Positions 36,896-49,942 of a DNA stretch of 64,000 nucleotides are shown here, piece by piece. This DNA is from Carcharhinus longimanus. Taxonomy: Eukaryota. The stretch is taken from positions 26,703,980 through 26,767,979 of the forward strand of contig JASCQW010000109.1 of NCBI GenBank assembly GCA_030264375.1, read 5' to 3'. How positions within the stretch are numbered: position 1 is the first letter of the stretch; each line of letters begins with the position of its first letter. Made by a program: the position numbers and the translations under genes. The notes under the pieces are model-generated. The model saw only the letters and a list, made by a program, of their open reading frames with translations. It searched no databases and was not told the DNA's origin.

Positions 36896-38784
36896 TATAT
36901 GTTCAACAATAAATTGCCAGCATGAAATGATTTAGAGATACACTCGTCCATGCTAATAAAGTCAACTCATATTTTGGTGCAAATATTCATCCTTGCTGTT
37001 TTGTCTTAACTCATCATGTTTGCTTTCCTGTGAATTAATTGCCTTCTCATCCTCTAAATTTCTCCCTCCATGTAAACTCCCCACCCCATACTCACAGCCA
37101 ATATCTCATGTGTTCACACTGTTTCCATAGTTTCCAACACAGAGAAGACCACCCCTGATCACTTCCTTGCATCGGCCACCAACCACATCTCACTTCCATA
37201 GCCTAACCCCGATCTCCTTCTGTATCTGATGCTGCAAAATCTATTCCTCAATTCATTTAAAACTGCACTTGCAAATCAAAACTATCTAACCTTTGGCCCT
37301 CCGTTCACCAGGACATTTCTGCAGCTACTGATTTACCTAACCACATCCTTGACTCCACATTTGATATCCTGTCCCCAGTAAAATTATTAGTCTCTCTTCG
37401 TTTGGCTGTAATTTTTGCTACAGCCCACATCTCCTCGAACTTAAGTTCAAAGGACATAGTTTTGAAAGGATATGGTGCACAACTAGTCTAGTCATCGGTC
37501 ACCAGTTCTGGCTGGACATATTAAAACACTACCAAATCTGACTCTTCTCTGCTTAAACTGTCCATTTTTCCAGGATCATCCTGGAATACAAAGATGGCCC
37601 CAGTTCTTTTCTCGACAGCAGGCATCATTTTAAAGCCCTCGCCCGTTTCTTCCACACTCACTTCCAAAAACAAATACAAAATGCCTATGACTGTTCAGTC
37701 ATTAAGATTGAGACCATCCAATCAGTTGTCTAGGGTCATCTGGACGCGAAACGTCTGTTCTTTTTTTTGCCAGACCTGCTGAGAATTTCCAGTGTCTTCT
37801 GTTTTGGAACCAACTGTTTGTGCTGCTTACCTCCCTTCCACTAGGCTATCGCATCAAACTTCTTAAATGGTCCTCCTTGATCCAGCCCTGAACTCATATC
37901 ACTCTCTAGTTTCTCTCATCTCCTTCCCTCATGCCTTGCTTAACCTCATCTTGTCGTCCATGAACCTCCTGTTCCCTTGATTCTATTTGCATGAAATTGC
38001 TGCTCTCCCAATGCTTCTACATGGCCCCCATGTTAGCCACTAATGTCAATGGTTCCCTCTCTCCATCAAACCTGCTGCCATCATCCCTCTCCTCCAAAAA
38101 AAATCCGTGATCCCTCCATCCTTTCAAACTTCTGACCCATCTTCAACCTTGGTTTCCTCTTCAAAGTCTTTGATGGTGTTCTGAATTTCTAAATCCTTGT
38201 CCGTATTTCCCAGAGGTACTCCAACCAGTTTTCCACTCTGGCACAGTATTGAAGTGGCCCTTATCAAAGTTGCAAATAACTCCCTTTGTAACTGTAGCAA
38301 AGGTAAACTTTCCCTCCTCATCCTCCTCAACCTATTAGCAGCCCCTGACACGGGTGACCGCACCATTCTTCTTCAATGCCACTCCACTATTGTCCAGTTT
38401 CTGGGACTTTTCTCATGTGGTTTCATTCTAATCTATCTAATCATATCTTTGGAATCATTGACAATGGTTTTGCTTCATGCTCCCCCACTGTAACTCTGTA
38501 TACCCTGAGGATCAATCCTTGGTCCCATCCTATTTCTCATTTACATGCTGGCCCTTGGTGGTTTTTTTATATATTTGCTGATAGAACCCAGCTCTACCCC
38601 ATCGACACTACTGTTGTCAAATTATTAGCCTGCTTATCTGACATGCAGTTCTGGATGTACAGAAATTTCTTCCAATTAAATATTGGGAAGGCTGAAGCCA
38701 TTGTTTCTGGTCCTGGCTCCAACTCCATTCCCTAGCTACTGACTCCATCACTCTCCCTGTGGATAACAGTCTGGGATTAAGCCA

Positions 38785-40700
38785 ATTTGGGTCTGCAAAT
38801 CTGGATTTTCACTCCCAATGCGGCTGCACAGAGTCAGGAAGTTTCCCAATTTGCTGAGCACATCTCGAGAGAAACTGTGCTGAATGACCAGACTTTCACT
38901 CCAGGTGGATGCAGGATGGAGTTGAGCCCGCTGATCCCAGAAGCAATGCATGTGGGGAACTCGATCCTGTGTGGGTAACATTTCTCAGACAAGGTATAAA
39001 AGGAGGGTCCACAAGGAGCTCCTGCTGTGATAAAGAAGTGCTGTTCCCGGGAGGAGCCATATATCAAGAGTCAGAAGAGCACTAATAATTGTCCAAGTGG
39101 TTGCTGATGCTGGTAAAGATTACCCATCATGGGCTTTCCATGGGGAAATATAAACATTATTGCTGCCTAGTCATATTGTAATGAAATAGCACACTCAAAG
39201 GTAAGGCCAGAAATTCTTCACAGCCATGGAGATGGCACAATCTTGTCACCATCAGCTGCCCATGATATTCTGTGTTGTCTCAGATCAGTATAATGTCTCA
39301 GGAGAAGACTGATAGGTATCGTGTTCTGGACATTGCCCTTTCACCCACCTCCTTTCCATCCCTCTCTCATGGTGCAGCCATACAATTAAACCCTGAACAG
39401 GACCCTCACAATGTTACACTTCCATGACAGAATAGAGATAGCAGACCAGCAAAGTCACTTGCATTTGCACAGCATGCCACCAGGTAGGGACAGTCCACCC
39501 TGCATTCATCCAGCCCCATCCCCAATCTCTCTCCAACCACGTTAAGCATTGAGTTAATGGAGAATAGAGATATAGAGTAATGTATATAAGATGTATGCAT
39601 GTGAGACCATTTAAAGGTGGAAGCTGCCATGCTGTCTTTTCCTCCTTCCTTGTGCCAGAACATCACAAAGAGGGCAAGTGGAAGAAGTGGAAGAAAGGAG
39701 ACCGCACCCCACTTCAGTGACCAGGGCCTCAAGGTCCTAGTTGAAGAGGTGCAAAGAGGGTGCAGCACCTACTATCCCAGTGGCCAGAGGAACCTGTTCT
39801 GTATGTTAAGAGGACATAACAGAAGATAGCTTCCATTGTGAGCACAATGGGGGACTATGCCCGATCATGAATTCAATGTAAGAAGTGGTTCCATGACCTG
39901 CTGCACTCCTGAAAGGTGACGTATTTGACAGAAGCACACAGAGGTCAAAGTGATAGTTCAGATTTGAATGCTGCATTTATAATGGGGGACCTCACATACC
40001 TTTCGTATAGCATAGAGGCTGTATGTCCAAGCTGCCCATGTGGGTACATACAATGGAGATGTGAATGTCCACTGTTATTCAGGAGATTGAACACTGGTCA
40101 CGCTACATGTATTAGGCAAATGTCACTCTGTATGTTGTGTCTGTAGGTCGAGAGGGCTCATAATTCCAGGGAAATGGCCAAGGCTGGGGGTGGGGTGCTG
40201 AAAAGATCAAATCCACTTGCTCAGGTGCACTTCTAGCATGAATGCTGTGTTGAAGCCAGTCACCTGCATGTGATTTTATTAAGTGGCATAAGTGGATTTT
40301 CCACATGTCAAGATGCCATATATGCTCCAGGAAGGCATACTTTTGGGGTTCCTCAATTACATTTGAAGCCTTTGTCTTCTAGGTAGTAGACGCTGTGGGG
40401 TCATGGAGCTAAGGTGTTTGGCAGCATTACCTGTTGCAGGTGTTGTACACTCTATATACTAGACACCAACAGTGGATAGATAATGTGGAAAGTAGCAGAA
40501 GGTGATGTGGACATGTGTGGCATCACCCTGTACAATGTATAGTTGGCACAGTACTGCTAGCACATACAATCATATCTGAAGATCGTGCGTCTAAAGTCAT
40601 GTTTCTACTGGTATTTTTAGTACAGTGAGCTAGGTTTGACAAGGCATTTTCTCCAGCTCATTCACAGCTCCTAACATTTTTATGCACAATCCAGGTTAGA
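38785..40700 (+). mobile_element. Harbinger remnant with Myb/SANT ORF exon (~39690-39915) inserted in L2
   Basis: 'APHFSDQGLKVLVEEVQR...IQCKKWFHDL' followed by AAG|GTGA matches the Harbinger Myb/SANT pattern (APRFS..LE.L...QCRKKFNDL). MITE-like left end CTGGATTTTC. Confidence 0.7.
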
Positions 40701-40702
40701 AT

Positions 40703-40910
40703 AGAATAGAACCCCTACAAGAGGGAGACCATTCAGCCCACCGAGTCTGTACCGACCACAATCCCACCCAGGCCCCCTTAACCCTACACATTTATTCTGC
40801 TAATCCACCTGACACTAGGGCCAATTTAGTATTGCCAATCCACCTAACCTGCACATCTTTGGATTGTGGATTGTGGGAGGAAACTGTAATACCCGGAGGA
40901 ATCCTACATA
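40703..40910 (-). mobile_element. HE1 SINE, 5'-truncated
   Basis: ATAGAACCCCTACA..CCATTCAGCCCACCGAGTCTGTACCGACC..CCACCTAACCTGCACATCTTTGGA. Confidence 0.85.
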
Positions 40911-40919
40911 GGTGCTAGA

Positions 40920-41165
40920 CCTTGTTACCGCATGACAACTGTATCAACTATATCATATCTATATCAGTAATCAATGTCCCATGTCTGACCCATCTCCATG
41001 CCACTGGCCTTGCTGCCTCCCTCCATCCCAGAACCAGGATAGGCTCCTCCTCATCCTCACTTTTCACTTCACCAGTTTCTGCATTCAAAGAAACATCCTC
41101 CATCATTTCTGCCAACTCCAGCACAATGCCACCACCAAACACATCATTTCCTTACTCTCCCTGGT
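40920..41165 (+). mobile_element. Penelope-like retroelement fragment
   Basis: CCCAGAACCAGGATAGG..CATCCTCCATCATTTCTGCCAACTCCAGCA..CCACCACCAAACACATC resembles the linker before the Penelope GIY-YIG domain. Confidence 0.65.
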
Positions 41166-41580
41166 CATCTGACCATGAAACCTCATCCATGCCTTTGTGA
41201 CCTCCAGACACAAGTATTCCGATGCACTCCCGTTCAGCTCCCACATTGTGCTCTCCATAAAGTTGAGGTCATCCAAACCTTTGCTGCTCAAGTCTTAACT
41301 TGCAGCAAGTCCCATTCCCCTACCACCTTTGTGCTCTCTGAACATTGGTTTCAGTCAAGAAACACCTTGATTTTAATATCCTCAGGCTTGATTTCAAAGC
41401 CAACAGTGGCTTTGCTTTTCCAATCAGTATAATCTCCTCCAACCCCCACCTCCAAAATATCTGTGCTCCTCTGAACCTGCCCTCTTATGCAATCCTCGTT
41501 ATAATTGCTCTATCATTTGCCTTCACTTGCATAGGTCCCAAGCTCTGGAAGTTGCTCCCTACACCTTTCCATATCGCTAT

Positions 41581-42452
41581 TGTTGTAAAGGTGAGTTTGT
41601 AAAGACATAAAGAATGTTTATAAAGATATTAAAGAATTGTAAAAGATGATCAAGAGAAGGAAAGCAGTGTGTGGTCTCTTTAAAAGCTGTTTTTGAATTC
41701 GGTGCTAAAATGCAGAGCACATGCGGACTCCAGGCTGCAACATTTGTTTCAAAAGGACCAAGCATCAGGGTTGACTCAGCAATAGGCTTTTGCATTCTGC
41801 CAGCCTATCAGTTTGAAAAGGGTCATCAACTATTAAGAGCCTATCTGATTTGAAATTGTTAGTATTGACAGCATCAAACCAATTCTGGTGTAAGGAAATT
41901 GTGAGGTCCCCATAGGTATAAAGGCCAAAGCAACAGCCTTTTCTGCAAAAAACATCATTGAAGAACATCTCCAGAGGCCAGGGCAGCCATTCAAAAGTCA
42001 GCATTCATCTCTAGACCAGCTCTTCACCCTGCCAGTTTAAATATCTCTTAAGAGAATTATCTGGCTATCTAACAGAAGGACACCAAGTCAGAAAGACCTT
42101 AAGACAGCAGGCAACTACAAAAGAATTCCAAAATCATTTCCAAGCCATCAGACCTGGTTGTATATAGATTTTTTGAGAGTGACTAAGATTCTGTTATTAC
42201 TGTTTTAATACTGAATTGTCCTTGTTTCTATTTGAACAGCATTATAGTTGAACTGTCCTTCAATTAAAATGTTACTGGTTTAGCTAAGGTTGGTTGGTTG
42301 AATAAAATAATTTGTGAATCATTCACTTAAAACAAGTGTCAGGTCTTTACATTAATGAACCTATAAAAGTTAAGATAGAACAGTTAACACCTACCCGAGT
42401 ATTTTACTAGATTACGATGCAAGGTAAAGGAGATTAACCCCTTTGTTTTAAC
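41581..42452 (+). mobile_element. Solo LTR (~870 bp) inserted into the L2 3' UTR
   Basis: TGTTG...TTAACA ends, TATAAA (41917), AATAAA (42301). L2 sequence is colinear on both sides. Confidence 0.7.
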
Positions 42453-44289
42453 ATGATGTCACTTTCCTCCTTTAAGACTTTCTTAAAACCTATCTATGGC
42501 CAAGCTTTTGGTCATTTAACCTTTGTGGCTCATTGCCATAGTAAAATGCTCCTGGTGATGCACATTGGGAGGTTTTATCACATTAAAGGTGCTACATAGA
42601 TATAAGTTGTTATTGTCATTTCCATCGGCTGTTATTGGCCACTTTCAGAATGCAATGTTTGTTAGCAAATCCAAAATTAAGAGTTTTCCTATTCAATTTA
42701 ATTGATGAAACAAATTAATGCTTTGGCATTATAACAGAACAGCTAATAAAAAACTCAGAGCCACAAAAGTGAGTTATAATGGGAAAGGATACTTGGGAAA
42801 CTTGCAACAATAAAGATAAATATTATTTAATGAATTTCCTTACAAGTATGTAAAATATGACAATAAATGGTAATCTTAGTAGTGAATCCCCAGATTAATA
42901 AAATTCTAATTGTAACAAATGAGTTTCTACACAAGCTTAAAATGATTGGCTTCCTCACCAGTGACCTCTTGAATTAATCTGAAAGTGTCAGGATCATGCT
43001 TGAGAATAACAGTTTACACTTGCTCCACCTGACAAATAGATCAGCCTGCCACTGCACTTGGTGGAAGAAAAATTGAAATAGGCAGCAGCGGCAGAATGTT
43101 CACACAGCCATAAAATGAATTATACTCCTGTGGAGCAAAATGAAATCAGCGCGCTGGAGGGAGAACGCATCTGCTTCATGCCCAAGTTGTTTCAGATGAC
43201 TTTACTACATCTGTATGGGTAGCTAATTTTGAGCAGCTATTAGTGCTACACAAATCTGTAATGGGCGGCTGCCATGCCAGTGAGGTGCCTAGGAATCTTG
43301 CATATATCTATGAATACATTCTTGCAGCTGGCATGACTCAAATATCTGGCCGATATCGTGCACATGGCATGCAGTGTATCTAGGAGTGAACACACACATT
43401 TTCTAGACTCCTGACCTCAGAGGACCCTAATTGCAGCAGTTCATTATTCTGAAAGAATGCAGGCTTTTTATGCCAAAAAGCACAAAGCCCAAACAAACAA
43501 ACCAACCAACCTGTGGCACCTCTAGTCTTAAAACCTTCAAGGTAGAAGGTGCAGGGGGAGAACATTAATAGTTCAGTTCTGCTTACATTTAAAGTGCCAG
43601 TTCAAATTAAGACACAATCCAGAAGGCTCAGTGGTCTGGCTCTAACCCTACAATCACATCGAGAAAACATTATCCACTAAACTAATGGAGACAGTTGTTT
43701 GGATAGGAAAGCTGTGGGTTTAGGAATTGCAATTTGTTTCTAATTTATTAAATCATTTTTTTCCCCACTTTTGCATTTTTAGGAATGCACATCTTCAAAA
43801 ATGCCCTGCACTTTGCACTGCCAGGGATAAATTATGACTTTGTGCAAAGCGAGTGATAGCAAGTCCAAAAAGAATGAGTGAAATGTAAAGTGAGCTGCTT
43901 ACTCACTAATAACTCATTTCAGACCATCACACTCAATCAAGAACTATCACCTTTTGAGAGTGTGCTTTTTAAATAAGGAACTATTGGGTGAAAAATAAAC
44001 TGTAATGCCACATAAAACCTCAATTCTGCCTTGTTATTACTTATTCTAACAGACTATGAAACTAATTGTCCAGGGTTGTCTGGGTTTATTATATTCTTGA
44101 AATATTCTTCCTATAAATCTGTTAGAAGTTTTGATTATACCTTTCAGTCAATCCATTACATATCTTGATAAATCATCTCAACTCTTTGGTTTTACAATTT
44201 TCTCTCCTGAAAGCACTGACTTTTATTGGATTCCACACCTGCCAGCAATGACCTGTGCTTTGCCAATGTGTCTGTTCTTCACATGCGCT

Positions 44290-44550
44290 TCATATGTGAG
44301 TATCAGCAGTTTGTTGGATCACAGGAGCCATCGCAGGTCACCCTAATCCTGTCCTAATCAAACTTCCATACTTGTGTAATTTGCACCGTGGGTTTTTGAA
44401 TAGCAGGCAGTATCCTGGCTAGTTTCTTCCTCTTTCTTAACTCTGGATGCTGGAGTCAGTAGCAACACAACTTACTCCCACCTGAGACTAGCAAATCTGG
44501 TGGAGACCAAGGGAACTTCGGATCTTCCTGCCTGCAAGACTCAGTATGAA
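44290..44550 (-). mobile_element. Old LF-SINE-like shark repeat
   Basis: ATCCTGTCCT..ATCCTGGCTAG..CTGAGACTAGC..GATCTTCCTG..GACTCAGT, antisense to the 34672 family. Confidence 0.5.
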
Positions 44551-44810
44551 AATACATTGCTCGTTAACACAACAAGACATTTGTAAGCTTTTGTACATTA
44601 TTTGTATATGCATGAACCTATTAACTGTATTATCTCGTTATTATTCTAGTCCACCCGCAAAATACTGTGATAAGGAGTGCAACATAATAAAAGGGAAGTT
44701 AAGTTCACCAACCACGTAAGTACAAAATATGCAAAGTTATGATCTGATTAGGGACCTGTCATTTTTATGTTTAAGAGGAACAAAGTTTGAAATTACAGTT
44801 ACACATAAAA

Positions 44811-45150
44811 TCATAGAATCCCTACAGTGCTGAAGGAGACCATTTGGTCCATTGAGCCTGCACCGACAGCAAACCCACCCAGGCCCTATCCCTGTGACCC
44901 CACATATTTACCTTACTAACCTCCTGACACTAAGGGGCAAGTGAGCATGGCCAATCAATCTAACCTGCACATCTTTGGACTGTTGGAGGAAACTGAAGCA
45001 CCCTGAGGAAACCCACGCAGACACATGAAGAACATGCAAACTTCATACAGTTACCTAAGGCTGGAATTGAACCCGAGTCCCTCGCATTGTGAGGCAGTGA
45101 CGCTAACCACTATGCCACCGGGCCACCCACTGTGCCACCATGCCACCCAC
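44811..45150 (-). mobile_element. Full-length HE1 SINE with duplicated 5' head segment
   Basis: TCATAGAATCCCTACAGTGC tail; head CCACT(A/G)TGCCACC..GCCAC repeated at 45107-45150. Confidence 0.92.
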
Positions 45151-45344
45151 TAAGAGAATAAAGCCACATGACTTAATGGTTTTAAACAATCAAAATAAAC
45201 ATTAAGTGACAAATGTAATCAAGCCAGATCCTACAGGCTTCTCAGTAATACACCTAGACATTAGTGACTACTGTGAGTCACAAAATCTCCTTTAAAACTC
45301 TATCGTTCTCACAAAAAATTTCAAATCTTCATTTCAAATATCTA

Positions 45345-46386
45345 GGAGACAATTCTCCCAAAAATAATGTCAAATTCACAAGAAGACTGGAGTAATTCAC
45401 GCTGGTTTTCTCAGCAGGATCTCAGACTTGAACCTGCAATGGAGAGGTCACCAGTGTGAATGTCAGTAGATTTCAGGGGGTAGGGCCTAGTCCCGCCCAG
45501 GAGGCTGAAATCAATGGTCCTTTGTGCATACGCAGAGGCTCTGACCTGTCAGCTCAGTCGTAGACCAGCCCAGGACCCCCGCAGTGCTGCCCTCCCCACA
45601 AACCATGTTGCATTTGTGGCCCGCCTGACTATTCCCAGGCCCAGCCCTGCACCCCCTGGTCCCGGCGTGACCCAATCTCCAGCCGCCCCTCCCACCCCCT
45701 AGAGGCCGATTCCCTGCCACCCCAGCTGACTTCCACACCATCCCCCCACAAGGCTGACCACCTCCCCCAGTGGATTCTGCCCCCCNNNNNNNNNNNNNNN
45801 NNNNNNNNNNNNNNNNNNNNNNNNNNNNNNNNNNCTCCTCCCTGTCTCCATTGGTCCCCATGCAAAGTGGTAGTTGGACCCACTGATTGCTCCAAGCCCT
45901 GCCCACCAGGCCCTGGCCCTAAAGGCCCCTCCCCTTTGGCAGTGCCCCATGACTGATGGGCAATGCTAAGGTGCTCCCTGGGCATTGGCACTTTTACACT
46001 TGGGTAGTACCAGAGGTGCCCATGCCTACAGGACACCACCCTGCCCATCGCCTAACCCTCTGGGGAGGGGCCCCGATTGGCCTCTCTTCACTTCAGCAGC
46101 TTATCCTGATTGTTCCCTGAAAGTGGGGACCTACAGTAAACCACTAGAGTGAAACATTCTGGTGGGATGAGAGAGGCTAATGGGTCTGAAAAATTCAGTC
46201 CTAGACCCGCTAATCACATTAAAAACTGATGTAAATGCTTACCTGGCCTTGCCGCTGGTTTCCAGTGTGGATCTGATGCACGTATGGCAGGAATGCATGC
46301 ATGAATCCCACGCATGCCCGGATGCAAGATTCTCCCACCATGCTGCAAGAAAAATCTAGCGTGGTGGGGTGGGAGAATCATCCCCC
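45345..46386. mobile_element. Non-autonomous Harbinger-like element
   Basis: Imperfect TIRs GAGACAATTCTCCC / GGGAGAATCATCCCCC and internal TTGGCAGTGCCC; inverted relative to 13092-14090. Confidence 0.75.
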
Positions 46387-49017
46387 GAGCCTGTGAATTC
46401 CCTCAAAAGCCATTCTGATTCAATGGGCGGGGTTTAATGGCCTTGCCCATCCCGAAACTGTAAAATCCCACTTAAGGGCACCTGACATTCCCATCGTTCA
46501 CCCCTCGTTCATTCCAATTCTTATAGTGGGTAGGGTGGAAAAGTTCTTGTCACTGATTCAACGACAGATCATCTCCCAGTGATTCTATCTCTTCATAAGA
46601 CTTTGCTCTGTGGGATTCACAAATCTGCTCATCTGGCTCCAATTACAAACTTCCAACTCTTTCACAGATAGTTAGCTTCTCTAAGTTGGCTCTGCCCCTG
46701 AGTTTTTCTGAACTTCTGGCTACATCTAGTTGTAAATGGCTATTAGAGCTTCTTCTAAGTCCTAACGCTCCCTAGCACAGATCTTCCACCACTTTCTCAG
46801 TTCCTCAGGTCGTTGCTGAGCCCGATTGCCTGTAGCCTATTAATAGGTCTCAGGCTTTCTCTGTAAGCTACAAACAACATGAGGTCCAAAACTGCCATGA
46901 ACAGTTGCTCCAATTGGCTCCCAGGGCTTTTCTGAGCCCTACCTGCCTGAAGGCTGCTAACAGCAGCACCTTTTCAGTATGGAGATTCTTCTCCTGCTGT
47001 AGAACACTTATTCTCTCAACAAACATACTGAAAAATTGAAGCCAGAGAACCTTCTTAAGTCCCAGCCATCTCTAAGATGACATGGCCTATGCCATCCTCA
47101 AAGTTACTTCCAAGAGAATTGTCCTTCCTTTAAAATCTCTCCAACTAAGTAAACCCACCTACTGTTTTATGATCTCATCTTTCTACCTGATAACCCATTA
47201 ACATGATCCTAAAATTCTAAGTGCAATAGACTGCAAGCTGGGTTAATTGCATTTATCCCCTTCCCACAGTTAAAGTTCAATCTTCCCACAACTAAAAATA
47301 ACCTCTAAAATATTGCCAATAATAAGATGTTCATTAACAATGACATATTAGACAGTTCTAACATTGTAAAAGTTGAAGAATAATTGTATAATTGAGTTTA
47401 TGCAGACACCTGAAGATGACAACATGGGAACAGAGCACTGAAATACTTTCATATTTTGAGGTTGTGGTTTTAGGATTTGTTCAGCTTTATCCAACAATAA
47501 TCTCTTAAATATTTATACTAAATATTTCCAATTTCATGTTATATGCTAAATTTAATATGAACACTTGTTGCTCTGCTGTTACTTTTTTACATTCCAGTGT
47601 TTTGAGTGACTATGCTTTATTACTGTGAAGTAGTGTTGTAAGCATGACTGATGTTGCCAATTGGATCAATAATTAAACGATACAAATACATAAAGTTAAT
47701 TTCTCCAAATATTGATTGTTATTTTCAGTCAGTAGCAGCATGCTACATTCCAAGAAACAATTTGGAAAAAAAGTTATTGGATGGGATTTTACAGCTTTGC
47801 TCGACCCGAGATTGGAAAATCCTGCTCGAGGTCAATGGATCTTCCCGTTGACTGCCCTTCACCCGCTCTGACCTGTGGGATGGTAGAATTCTGGTGATTA
47901 TATCAGGTGGCAGTAAATGTTGAATCAAAAGGCAAACACTGATGCGAGAGGCCATTCAAGCTATTTTAGTAAGCACATCTAAAATTTAAAACAAAAATCA
48001 ACTCCCATCATCTTCTAATCATGCAATCCTATCCGTCGCATCTAACCACCCCACCCTTACTGTCCTAATGTGCTCACCCCTTGTGTGGAAGTTGCTGTTT
48101 CTCACATATTTCCCAAATTGTCCTTTAACCTTGATGTATGCATGGCTTACTGAGTAACATTCTGGACTTACCCAACCATACTATTTGATATGTGACACAT
48201 TTCTGTGAAGTCCCTTTTCAGTTTCCTGCTCTTTCTCTACACTTTCCTCATACGATCCAAGAGTCTGGTTACTCTTTCCAGTATTACCCCCATAGATTGA
48301 ATATTTCCATGGTTGGGTCATCTTAGATAAAACTGAACATGATAGCTGAAGTTTTACCAAGGTATTTTAAAGCTTTACCGTCAACTCTTTCAATTTATCC
48401 TCAACTGATTTAGAAACATACTTTAGCATTTATGGTTGTTGTACAGTACAGAGTCATGGTGATGCTCAGTTTATTATTGTCCGAGATCCTGAAGAGTCTG
48501 GAGTTAACATCAGAAGCGTGCATGATGCTGATGTAACAAGGATGTCAGATCATGATAGAGAAATAAGAGAGATCTGGAAGGAGGAGAAGCTCCAATTTCA
48601 TGTGGAGGTCAAAACATGTAAATACTTGCTGTGAATATAGATTAATAGTTTTGAGAAACTACAGACTTTAGCAGCATAGTTTGAGAGAATAGACAATACC
48701 CGAAACCTGCATCTGGACACCAATCACACAATGAGACATGGTGGCAGCGAGTAAAATATGCAGTACATATTAAAAAATAAGATACAGGGCCGGTAAAAAA
48801 AGAGATCCTCAAAGGAAGGACAAAAGAAAGAAAGTGATGTCTCACCAAGACAGCAGATCATCATGGGAGCAGCAGATACAAACTGGAATAGAAATACGGA
48901 GACTGGGCAGCAGTGAGTAATCACAGGATTAAAGCCTGTGGCAGCACAGAAGCAGGGCCAATTTCAGAGCTCAGCAGAAGCATGAAATCCGCATTACCAC
49001 TCCCAGAACCATTTCAG

Positions 49018-49310
49018 GACGGTGGCACTGCTGCCTCACAATGTCAGGGATTGGGTTTGATTCTGTTTTTGGGTGACTGTTTGTGTGGAGTTTGCATATT
49101 TTCCCTGTAGCTGCGTGGGTTTCCTCCAGAAGCTCTGGTTTTCTCACACAGTGCAACAATGTGCAGGTTAGGTGCTAAATTGCTTCTTAGTGTCTCAAGA
49201 TGTGCAGGTTCGAGGGATTACCTGGGTAGATACTTGGAATTACAGGGATAGGGCCTGGGTAAGGTGCTCTGTTGGAGGAGGATCAGTGCAGGCTTGACGG
49301 GCTGAACGGA
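49018..49310 (+). mobile_element. HE1 SINE nested in the Gypsy element
   Basis: GCACTGCTGCCTCACA..TGTGTGGAGTTTGCA..GGGATAGGGCCTGGGT..GTGCAGGCTTGACGGGCTGAA. Confidence 0.85.
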
Positions 49311-49869
49311 TTGTCGAGAAACATTGGAATGAGAAGTTGGAAGGTAAGGGCAATAAATACGTGCTGTAACTCTTATAGCATTGAGAGAGGTTCCGGGGAA
49401 ACTAAGCTGTCTCTCTCCCTGGCATATGCTTGGAATAAAACCTTTGCTTTCTTGAATCCCCCAAACTAGACTTGAGAATAGTCATTTTTATCACTACAAA
49501 CAGACATCTCACAGAGTTTAAAACTCGGCACAGGAACAGGGGTTTCTGTTTTATCATGTTAAGTCAAATGGGTCAAACAAATTGCATTGCAGTCCCCATC
49601 TATCAAATTACAAGGTCCTTGTGGGACAACTTTAAAAGTTAAAGACCAATTCATGGCAACATATAAAACAATGATCAGAAAAATCTTGAACCGCTCGATG
49701 TCATTTAAAATCAAGGGCACTTTCTACTAAGCAGAACGGCTTGCCTAAAATGGAAATTAATCTATAAAGTGGATGAAGTTGCTGATGAGAATTACAGTAC
49801 ATTTCAAAATTAATTTCCAAAATTACTTACAGGGCTGAGAAAATTAAAGACAGTGTTACATTTTACATT

Positions 49870-49942
49870 TTGTCTGCATAGCGTGTAAGAAATAATACTT
49901 TTCACTGTATGTTAATAGATGTGACAATAATAAATCAAATCC
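49870..49942 (+). mobile_element. Short Rex-like LINE tail inserted in Gypsy pol
   Basis: AATACTTTTCACTGTA..TGTGACAATAATAAATCAAATC, as at 21140-21170. Confidence 0.7.

Larger units (their letters stand above)
37080..42615 (+). mobile_element. L2 LINE (RT region plus 3' tail) in pieces 37080-38785, 41165-41580 and 42455-42615
   Basis: HSIEVALIKVANN..LSLLILLNLLAAPDTGDRTILLQ (L2 HSTETAL..LLDLSAAFDT), GSILGPILFLIYM, FADRTQLY, QLNIGKAEAI, and tail TTTAAGACTTTCTTAAAACC..ATTAAAGGTGCTACATA. Confidence 0.85.
44667..47339 (-). mobile_element. Probable long solo LTR interrupted by an HE1, a Harbinger element and a MITE
   Basis: TGT..ACA bounds and LTR-like C/T-rich plus strand. No TSD confirmed. Confidence 0.4.
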
